Below, one piece after another: positions 25,548-32,000 of a stretch of DNA of 32,000 bases (its first letter is position 1; the number at the start of each line of letters is the position of its first letter). The position numbers and the translations under genes were made by a program. Source of the stretch: Ignicoccus islandicus DSM 13165 (lineage in GTDB: Archaea; Thermoproteota; Thermoprotei_A; Sulfolobales; Ignicoccaceae); assembly GCF_001481685.1 (NCBI RefSeq), contig NZ_CP006867.1:450001-482000 (forward strand), written 5' to 3'. The notes under the pieces are model-generated. The model did not search any database. It was not told the DNA's origin and saw nothing but the letters and a program-made list of their open reading frames with translations.

Positions 25548-26258
25548 TTGGCTCACGTTATTCACTTCAGGGGTCATAAACTTATTCTCCATGAAGATAT
25601 TGCTGTGACGCCTCTCGGAGTGGTTAAGGGGAAGCCTAGAAGAATAGAGGAGCTCCTACCAGTAATGATGAAACCGTCTCGGAGCGAAGGGATCGCTTAC
25701 TGGATGTATAGAAAGGCTATACCAGCGGAAATAGGTGGAGTTAGGGGAGACGTGACCTTGGTTTACCCAGGGGAGCTGCCTTCCGGGGAGCTGATCAAAA
25801 CTCACGGTCATTACCACCCGGAGAGCCCTTGGGGGGAGAGGTGGCCCGAGCTCTACGGAATACTTCGCGGAAAGGCATTGTTCGTCCTCCAAGACTTGAA
25901 GGGCGAAAGGGTTAGGTTAGTAGAGGTTGAGGAAGGAGACTTGATAATGGTTCCCCCGGGCTACGGACACGTAATGGTTAACGTGGGGGAAGAGGAGCTC
26001 GTAACCTTCAATTACGTTAGTGAACTGTTTAGTTCCGAATACGGACCCTACAAGGAGAGGAGGGGAGCAGCTGTATACGTAGTTAGGAAGGGGGAGGAAA
26101 TAGAGGTCGTTCCTAATCCGAGGTACGAGGTGAAGGAGGTACTGTTGTGCAAGCCAATGGGAATACACCTAAAGGAACCCACTATATCTCATTCATTTAA
26201 ACCGCACCTAACTGAGTGGTTGAAATGCGAGGAAGTGAAGGTGCCCTTGAGCTTGTAA
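25548..26258 (+). CDS. pgiA: cupin-type glucose-6-phosphate isomerase family protein
   Basis: LVYPGELPSGELIKTHGHYHP ... PELYGILRGKALFVLQ ... VPPGYGHVMVNVGEE ... VVPNPRY is collinear with the Pyrococcus-type cupin PGI motifs (TKGHFH ... PPYWAHRTVN ... NPRW). It has a TTG start. Confidence 0.7.
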   Translation: MAHVIHFRGHKLILHEDIAVTPLGVVKGKPRRIEELLPVMMKPSRSEGIAYWMYRKAIPAEIGGVRGDVTLVYPGELPSGELIKTHGHYHPESPWGERWPELYGILRGKALFVLQDLKGERVRLVEVEEGDLIMVPPGYGHVMVNVGEEELVTFNYVSELFSSEYGPYKERRGAAVYVVRKGEEIEVVPNPRYEVKEVLLCKPMGIHLKEPTISHSFKPHLTEWLKCEEVKVPLSL

Positions 26259-26267
26259 ATCTAGTCC

Positions 26268-26807
26268 TCATTTAGTTAAAACTTTCTCATAGACTTGAAG
26301 TTCCTTACCCTTAAGCTGATATAACTTCAATCTCCAAGATGGGAGCTGTAACTCCATAAAGCTAGGGGTGCCGCCTAGGGTGTAACCGCCCCAGCTTCCC
26401 GTTACGCTTCCCGGATTCAAGTGAACGATCCCCTCAACCCTATCAATTAAAGGAACGTGGAGGTGGCCGTGTATTATAACTTCCGCACCTTCCCTCCTAG
26501 CAATTTCGCTGAGTGCCTTCAGATTGCCTCTGGGCCTGACTTGGTGACCGTGAAGCACCAAAACCTTCTTCCCATCCAATTCCAATGTGATCTTTTCCGG
26601 AAGCGGTAGGTAATCCATGTTCCCCCTTACTGCGCGAACTTCGTCGCCAAGGGTCTTCAAGTAGCTCAATACCTCTTCGCCAGTTAAGTCCCCAGCGTAA
26701 ATTACGAGGTCGTAAGGCGCATTGCTTTCAATTACTTCTCTCAGGTCCTTGGGTATCTCCTTTTCTCTATCCGGAATATGGGCATCGGAAAGTATTAGTA
26801 CCTTCAT
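26268..26807 (-). CDS. metallophosphoesterase (YfcE/MJ0936 family)
   Basis: 179 aa with the motifs LSDAHIP, AGDL, RGNMD, LHGH and GHLH in canonical order. Confidence 0.8.
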   Translation of the reverse strand: MKVLILSDAHIPDREKEIPKDLREVIESNAPYDLVIYAGDLTGEEVLSYLKTLGDEVRAVRGNMDYLPLPEKITLELDGKKVLVLHGHQVRPRGNLKALSEIARREGAEVIIHGHLHVPLIDRVEGIVHLNPGSVTGSWGGYTLGGTPSFMELQLPSWRLKLYQLKGKELQVYEKVLTK

Positions 26808-26808
26808 T

Positions 26809-27582
26809 TCAGACGCCGCAAATTCTCCACGAGACGTGCCTATTTAGTAACAGTCTAACTTTTTCTAACGTTTTTCTCAATACGCACGGTCTCGTAACTA
26901 TAATAGTTCCCTTGGAAACCCCGACTATTGGTTCGAACTTGTCTCTCGAAATTACCAATGGCTTGGGTAGAGCTCGGGCTAGTTCCTCAACGCCATCCAT
27001 TGGCTCCCTAAGCACTACTTCCACGCCCCTCCTAGCCATTAAAGCGGCCGCCAACAAGCCCTCTTCTCCTGTTACATCAACGTAAGCCGTTCCCTCGGAA
27101 CCGTAAGGAAGGCCTCCAACGCCTTCAACCACGTCTCTTGAGGTGTAAACGTATACTTCGTTCCTTATTTCAACGTAAAGCGTTACTTTGGGAGAGCTTA
27201 GGTTCACGTTTCCTTCTATTTTAGAACCAATTAGGGCAGCCAACTCGTTGCTTTTCATTGGATAGGCCTTATCGGCCCTCCTCACCCTTACGGCGAATTG
27301 GTCTAGCTTGGGATATAAGCTCGAGACCTCTTCGACCAGCTCCGTAGGCGGTAACTTTGGTAGTACAAGAGCATATATTAAGTGGTGTACTCCGGGCATC
27401 CTCCTTAAGTCCTTAGGGGCCTCGCCTCGAACTAGGATCCTTCCGTATTCAAGTTCTACCTTCGCCCTGAACCCCCTCCTATGGAGAAACTTGGCTACTT
27501 GGTTCCGAAGTAAGGACTCCATCTGACCTCGCTTCTTACCTTTGAGGGCTATCTCGGAATATGCTACTAAGGTGACCTTCAC
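26809..27582 (-). CDS. ThiI-like THUMP-domain protein with a degenerate PP-loop
   Basis: The N-terminus (VAYSEIALKGKKRGQMESLL) and the THUMP region resemble ThiI. The segment aligned to the ThiI PP-loop reads GTAYVDVTGEEGLLAAALMARRGVEVV, so TGEEGL replaces SGGIDS. It has a GTG start, and its stop lies 1 nt from the start of the phosphoesterase gene. Confidence 0.65.
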   Translation of the reverse strand: MKVTLVAYSEIALKGKKRGQMESLLRNQVAKFLHRRGFRAKVELEYGRILVRGEAPKDLRRMPGVHHLIYALVLPKLPPTELVEEVSSLYPKLDQFAVRVRRADKAYPMKSNELAALIGSKIEGNVNLSSPKVTLYVEIRNEVYVYTSRDVVEGVGGLPYGSEGTAYVDVTGEEGLLAAALMARRGVEVVLREPMDGVEELARALPKPLVISRDKFEPIVGVSKGTIIVTRPCVLRKTLEKVRLLLNRHVSWRICGV

Positions 27583-27623
27583 CTCGGTTCACCGCTGATT
27601 TAGATCCCTTCGCACTGAATCCG

Positions 27624-28148
27624 GTGGGCGCTGAAGTAATGAAGGTGGCAGTAGGGAGCTTGAACGAAGTTAAGTTAAACGCAGTATCGAAGGCCCTTCA
27701 GGAAATGGGAATAGACGCTATAGTGATTCCCGTAGACGTTGAAAGCGGGGTACACGAAATACCTTTAAACGATGAAATCTTCGAGGGCGCGCGTAACAGG
27801 GCACTGAGCGCTAAGAAGCGAGTTCCCGCCGACTTATATATCGGATTGGAATCTGGCCTAGTCAAGATGTACGGTAAGACGTTCATGGTAAGCGTCGCTG
27901 CTGTATTGAAGGGAGAATCGATTCATTACGGGCTCTCACCGGGTTTCGAAATACCCGAAAGGTGGGCCGTAAAGATAGAGAGGGATAGGAGCTCCTTCTT
28001 CGAATTCATGGAGGAAAAGGGCGGTAGGGACTTAGGTAAGAGGGGCGGTCTGGTCAGCGTACTGACTTCAAATGTGATAACTAGGACGGAGTTCTGCAAG
28101 TTGGCCGTAATAATGGCTGTGTCCAAGGCATTGAACGAGAAGTGGTGA
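27624..28148 (+). CDS. yjjX: inosine/xanthosine triphosphatase (YjjX/DUF84 family)
   Basis: MKVAVGSLNEVKLNAV ... VDVESGV ... GARNRA ... GLESGL matches the YjjX pattern. The ATG at 27639 is the likely start (the track begins at a GTG at 27624). Confidence 0.7.
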   Translation: MGAEVMKVAVGSLNEVKLNAVSKALQEMGIDAIVIPVDVESGVHEIPLNDEIFEGARNRALSAKKRVPADLYIGLESGLVKMYGKTFMVSVAAVLKGESIHYGLSPGFEIPERWAVKIERDRSSFFEFMEEKGGRDLGKRGGLVSVLTSNVITRTEFCKLAVIMAVSKALNEKW

Positions 28149-28155
28149 TTTCGCG

Positions 28156-28851
28156 TTGAACGTTCTTCACGTGGTAATGGCCTACTCAGCATTAGAACTG
28201 GTTCCAAGGGAGATAGCGTCTCATCCGCAAGTCGTAAGCTATGCAAAGAGGCGGAACAAACCGCCTACGAAAGTTATTCTAGACAAGAGCTATCATTTCC
28301 ATGCTATGAGCAAGTTGAAGGATAAGGAAAAGAGGGGGAGACCCGACATGGTTTTCGCCTTCTTGTTAGCGGCCCTCTCATCGCCGCTTAACGCCATGGG
28401 AAAGCTTAGGGTATACGTTCATACATTACAGGATTACGTAATAATTGTCAATCCAAAGACTAAGCCGATTAGGTCTTACGATAGGTTCTTGGGAATAATG
28501 GAAAAGCTGTTCGAGGAAGGAAGAGTGCCCAGTGAGGGCGAGCCATTGATGGAGCTCAAGAACATGAGCTTGGAGAGACTGATTAAGAACCACATAGGCG
28601 CTGACGGCTTGATATTGCTCGAACCGAACGCCCCCCTCAAACACCCGGTAGAAATAGCGAGGGAGGCGTCCGAAGGGTTGCCCGTCGTAGTTCAAGGCTT
28701 CCCGAGGGGGGACTTCGGATTGGACGCGTACAAGTTAGCTAGAGACAAAGCGTACGTATTCCCGCAATTACTAGACTCGTGGATGGTTGCGGATAGAATA
28801 ATATGTGCTTATGAGAACTTCATCCTTGCGGACAGACGCTCTTATAAGTAA
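28156..28851 (+). CDS. nep1: ribosome biogenesis methyltransferase Nep1/Emg1 (SPOUT)
   Basis: [16 protein letters not shown] ... [11 protein letters not shown] ... [20 protein letters not shown] ... LRVYVHT is the Nep1 signature series. Confidence 0.8.
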   Translation: MNVLHVVMAYSALELVPREIASHPQVVSYAKRRNKPPTKVILDKSYHFHAMSKLKDKEKRGRPDMVFAFLLAALSSPLNAMGKLRVYVHTLQDYVIIVNPKTKPIRSYDRFLGIMEKLFEEGRVPSEGEPLMELKNMSLERLIKNHIGADGLILLEPNAPLKHPVEIAREASEGLPVVVQGFPRGDFGLDAYKLARDKAYVFPQLLDSWMVADRIICAYENFILADRRSYK

Positions 28852-30994
28852 CTCTAACGCACACGAACCAGTTACACAAGCTCGCGCTCTCGCCCCTACC
28901 AACGCGTCCCTCTATTTCCCAGTAATCCGCGTCCGTACATATGTTGAATATAGTTCTAGCTTTACATAGCATCACTTTAGCTTTAACGTAAACTTCGGGA
29001 GGGTTCGAATCGAGTTCGAAGACGTATATGTCTCTATCGAATATCTTACTACTGCAATCTCCTTGAACACATGCTCTATCTATTTCATAAGGCTCGGGAA
29101 CTTTCAGTATTACTTCGCCGATATTTTGCGTTAAGGGACATTGGTCTTCTCCATCCCGTATGCCGTCTCCGTCCGAGTCCGGGTCCCTTGGATCCGTGCC
29201 CAAGTCCAGTTCCTTTTTATCACTCAGTCCGTCTCCGTCGGTATCGGCGGAGGTAGGGTCTAAGTTGTGATAGTACTCGTAGTAATCGCTTAAGCCGTCT
29301 CCATCTGTATCCGGATCCGTGGGGTCGGTCCCTATTCGAAGTTCCTTGGCATCCGATAATCCGTCGTGATCGCTGTCTTCGCTTTTGGGATCCATGCCTA
29401 ACTTGTATTCCTTGCCATCGGGGATTCCGTCCCCATCGGTATCGTAATTAAATGGATCAGCTATTTCGTAATCTTTTCCATCAGGCAATCCGTCCTTATC
29501 GGTATCTGGGTCCCTCGGATCAGTTCCGATCTTGAGTTCCATCCCATCGTCCAAGCCGTCTCCATCGGTATCGCTATTGCAGGGACTCGTCTTCAATTCA
29601 ATTTCACTCTTATCGGGAATCCCGTCTCCGTCGGTATCAATTGAAATGGGCGAGGAACAAAACTTCACCTCCTCGCCGTCCTCTAACCCATCGCCATCGG
29701 AGTCCTTGCTGAGCGGGTTCGAACCTATTTCCACCTCTTTACCATCGAACAGCCCGTCTCCGTCCGTATCCGGGTTCCTTACGTCGGTGCCTAACTTGAG
29801 TTCGTCGCCGTCCAGTAGACCGTCTTTATCTATATCGCTATCCTTCGGATCTAAGCCTAGTTCCAACTCCTCGAGATCACTGAGCCCGTCTCCGTCGGTG
29901 TCAGGGGAGGTAGGGTTAGTTCCTAAGGATAACTCCTTTGCGTCATCTAGGCCGTCTCCGTCCGTGTCCTTAGAATTTGGATCTGAGCCTATCTTCACTT
30001 CCTTGTAATCGCTTAAGCCGTCTCCATCTGTATCGATCTTCAAAGGATCGCATTTGTACTTAAGTACTTCGTCTCCATCGCTCAAACCGTCCCTATCGGA
30101 ATCTCGATCTAAAGGATTGGTTCCATATATTAGTTCCTCCCCGTCCTTCAATCCGTCTCCGTCGGTATCGGGGTTCCTTGGATCGGTTTTGAGCGAAATT
30201 TCCTTCCCATCGCTCAACCCGTCTCCGTCAGTATCCGGTTTCAGTGGATCAATTCCGAGAATGAGTTCCGTTTTGTCCCTAACGTCGTCTCCATCGGTAT
30301 CGACCTTAGATGGATCGGTCCGATAAACTACTACTTCCTCGTAGTCGTTGAGGCCGTCTCCGTCAGTGTCTACCTTCGCGTCGCTGCTTCCCTTAAGGCC
30401 CTCTAGGAAGCTATTCAATCCGTCTCCATCAGCATCGCTATAGGGGTAGATCTTTGCGTAACCCCTGAGTTCGCCCCTATCGCTCAAAAGCTTTAGTTCC
30501 AAGGTAGCGTTGCCTACTACCGTTAGGGAGAGCAGTCCGGGGAACTCCTCTTTACTCACTACGCCTCCGTTACTGATCGAATACTTAACTACGCAGTTCG
30601 AACAATCGTATCCGAAAACTACCTTCGAGTAGTCTCCTACCCTTAACACGTTAATTGATACTGGACCGTAAGCGTAAACGTTGGTCGTCACCTCAATATC
30701 GTAGGTTACTTCAGTAAGGAAACATTTCTCTGTAACCACTAAATGCGTTGAAGGTTTCAAGTACGTGAAAATTAGTAGTCCTTTACCTACCTTCTTAAGC
30801 GTGGTATACTTGTAATTCTTGAAGTACAAATCGCATCCCTTTAGAGGTACGAAATTCTCTATTCCTTGAACTACCTTTACTTCACGCGTTTCACGGAACT
30901 TCAGTATTCCAAAGTAGAACGACGTTACGATTGCCAAGAGCAATAAGGCTATCCCTACGAGCACTATTGTCGGTAGGACGCCTCTCTCAAGCAA
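28820..30994 (-). CDS. membrane-anchored protein with 20 thrombospondin type 3-like Ca-binding repeats
   Basis: 724 aa with an N-terminal TM helix ([23 protein letters not shown]) and a beta-rich domain. This is followed by 20 units of about 22 aa (D[TS]DGDGLxDxxE...DP...) and a C-terminal Cys-rich domain. It has a TTG start, and its 3' end overlaps nep1 convergently by 32 nt. Confidence 0.8.
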   Translation of the reverse strand: MLERGVLPTIVLVGIALLLLAIVTSFYFGILKFRETREVKVVQGIENFVPLKGCDLYFKNYKYTTLKKVGKGLLIFTYLKPSTHLVVTEKCFLTEVTYDIEVTTNVYAYGPVSINVLRVGDYSKVVFGYDCSNCVVKYSISNGGVVSKEEFPGLLSLTVVGNATLELKLLSDRGELRGYAKIYPYSDADGDGLNSFLEGLKGSSDAKVDTDGDGLNDYEEVVVYRTDPSKVDTDGDDVRDKTELILGIDPLKPDTDGDGLSDGKEISLKTDPRNPDTDGDGLKDGEELIYGTNPLDRDSDRDGLSDGDEVLKYKCDPLKIDTDGDGLSDYKEVKIGSDPNSKDTDGDGLDDAKELSLGTNPTSPDTDGDGLSDLEELELGLDPKDSDIDKDGLLDGDELKLGTDVRNPDTDGDGLFDGKEVEIGSNPLSKDSDGDGLEDGEEVKFCSSPISIDTDGDGIPDKSEIELKTSPCNSDTDGDGLDDGMELKIGTDPRDPDTDKDGLPDGKDYEIADPFNYDTDGDGIPDGKEYKLGMDPKSEDSDHDGLSDAKELRIGTDPTDPDTDGDGLSDYYEYYHNLDPTSADTDGDGLSDKKELDLGTDPRDPDSDGDGIRDGEDQCPLTQNIGEVILKVPEPYEIDRACVQGDCSSKIFDRDIYVFELDSNPPEVYVKAKVMLCKARTIFNICTDADYWEIEGRVGRGESASLCNWFVCVRVTYKSVCPQG
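29144..30436 (-). repeat. tandem coding repeats of about 66 nt (TSP3-like units)
   Basis: The plus-strand motif CCGTCTCCGTC(G/C)GTATC, the complement of GATACCGACGGAGACGG (= DTDGDG), recurs about every 66 nt. Protein residues 187-617 carry the 20 DxDxDG units. Confidence 0.85.
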
Positions 30995-31038
30995 CCTATG
31001 TTCACGTCGGTATCTTAAACCAGAGAGAGTACTAAGTT

Positions 31039-31521
31039 TTACTTCTTTACCTTTTGTACTACTTCAATTCTCTCTATCCACGTTTCAGGGTACTGTCCCT
31101 CTAGATCCTTCTCGTATTTTTTAACCATATCCCAAATATTGAGAAGAGCAGTGCTTACGGCAGTTAACGCTTCCATTTCAACGCCGGTCTTTTCCGTTGC
31201 CTTGACCTTAACTCTAACCTTTAGTCTATTCTCATCCAATCTCTCATACTTAACACCAACGTATGTTATCCTAATTGGGTGACAGAAGGGCAAGAGGGAC
31301 GGAGTGGCCTTAGCCGCGTTTATCGCTACTGCCTTAGTTATCTCGAAAACGTTCCCCTTTTCTATTTCGCCTTCATATATTCTATCCAGTGTCTCTTTCT
31401 TGAGCCTTATAATTCCTTCCGCTATCGCTTCCCTATAAACAACTTCCTTTCCGGTAATGTCAACCATGCCTTCCAAGGCGCTCCTACCTCCTGAACTGGA
31501 CCGTATGCAAATGCGTTTCAC
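31039..31521 (-). CDS. moaC: cyclic pyranopterin monophosphate synthase MoaC
   Basis: LLPFCHPI and [23 protein letters not shown] are MoaC signatures. The likely start is the ATG at 31467 (MVDITGKEV), giving 143 aa. Confidence 0.85.
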   Translation of the reverse strand: MKRICIRSSSGGRSALEGMVDITGKEVVYREAIAEGIIRLKKETLDRIYEGEIEKGNVFEITKAVAINAAKATPSLLPFCHPIRITYVGVKYERLDENRLKVRVKVKATEKTGVEMEALTAVSTALLNIWDMVKKYEKDLEGQYPETWIERIEVVQKVKK

Positions 31522-31525
31522 TTGT

Positions 31526-32000
31526 CTATATCAGTTCGCTTCTTAGTATTAGGAGAGCTAAGGAGAGGCCCCCCATCGTTGAAAGGAAGGCGCCTACGGG
31601 CAGTGAACCGTATGGCGTCTCTACGTAGCTACTTAAGGCGTCTGATGTCATCATTACAGTCGATGCAATTAAAAACGTAGTAAATATTTCATAGTAGGGC
31701 TCTAGGGGACACAATCTCTTTCCTATGTTCGCTGATATTAGGCCCAAGAACGGTAGAATGCCACAACAACCCGTTACCGAGCCAGCTCCTATAGACGCAA
31801 CGATGACGCTCTTAGCCAAGGTCCTTTCCGGTTTTATCCCTAGGCTCCTAGCGAAATCTTCCCCGAAGCCGACTGCAGTGGCCTCATCGATTAGAGCAAT
31901 TGAACCAACTAACGCTAGAACTGAAGCTATTGCCAGACTGAAAGCAGTGCTTCGATCTACGTATTCCGTCGTCCCCAGAAGCAAAGGCAAGAAAGGTCTA
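31526..32000 (-). CDS. FecCD-family ABC transporter permease, C-terminal part (gene continues beyond the window)
   Basis: FGEDFARSLGIKPER ... GILPFLGLISANIGKRL ... TSDALS ... LPVGAFLSTMGG matches the FecCD/BtuC C-terminal half. The reading frame is open to nt 32000. Confidence 0.7.
   Translation of the reverse strand, partial: RPFLPLLLGTTEYVDRSTAFSLAIASVLALVGSIALIDEATAVGFGEDFARSLGIKPERTLAKSVIVASIGAGSVTGCCGILPFLGLISANIGKRLCPLEPYYEIFTTFLIASTVMMTSDALSSYVETPYGSLPVGAFLSTMGGLSLALLILRSELI

Noticed and set aside
28820-28851. Convergent 3' overlaps (nep1 with the TSP3 gene; the cupin with ubiA at 9273-9296) as possible regulatory antisense arrangements
   Set aside because: Short convergent overlaps are common in compact archaeal genomes, and nothing further in the sequence supports a specific mechanism.
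29532-30326. Plus-strand ORFs 29532-30008 and 30054-30326, rich in SPSPSVS
   Set aside because: They are antisense shadows of the DTDGDG repeat codons of the minus-strand TSP3-repeat gene. They are low-complexity and have no independent start context.
1-32000. tRNA, rRNA, transposase, integrase or IS inverted repeats, and toxin-antitoxin pairs
   Set aside because: No cloverleaf-capable GC-rich intergenic segment, no rRNA-like stretch and no recombinase motif was recognised. Apart from the leader, the intergenic regions are short.

Overview
This is a densely coding archaeal segment. It looks crenarchaeal or TACK hyperthermophile-like: the CRISPR repeat ends in GAAAG, there is a CdvB/ESCRT-III-like gene, Arg codons are mostly AGG/AGA, and many genes start at TTG or GTG. 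All calls come from reading the supplied ORF translations and the DNA by eye; no database search was run.

Most of the window is ordinary core metabolism and information processing:
- an iorAB / Na+:solute symporter / paaK operon;
- 6-phospho-3-hexuloisomerase, an endonuclease IV-like protein, a UbiA prenyltransferase, an HdrD/GlpC-like Fe-S protein and an Lhr helicase;
- DUF72, a cupin-type PGI, a metallophosphoesterase, a ThiI-like THUMP protein, a YjjX ITPase, Nep1, MoaC and a partial FecCD permease.

The accessory part lies at about 14.3-24.15 kb:
- an orphan membrane-anchored glycoprotein-like gene;
- a 657-nt AT-rich non-coding leader;
- a 16-repeat CRISPR array (26-nt repeat GTAGAGATCCAATAGGGAATAGAAAG, spacers of 34-43 nt);
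- a convergently oriented subtype I-A interference module, csa5-cas7-cas5-cas8a(?)-cas3'-cas3''. No cas1, cas2, cas4, cas6 or csa3 is present in the window.

The most unusual stretch is 23.43-24.15 kb, just upstream of the cas operon where cas6 would normally sit. It holds two short RAMP-like gene pieces, each with its own TATA-like box, and a weak crRNA-like degenerate repeat followed by an oligo-T tract.

A 724-aa membrane-anchored protein with 20 tandem thrombospondin-type-3 (DxDxDG) Ca-binding repeats is also notable. No rRNA, tRNA, transposase or integrase was recognised. I see no compelling evidence for an entirely new multi-gene system. The cas-upstream relic and crRNA-like region, and the unrecognisable large subunit, are the best leads.
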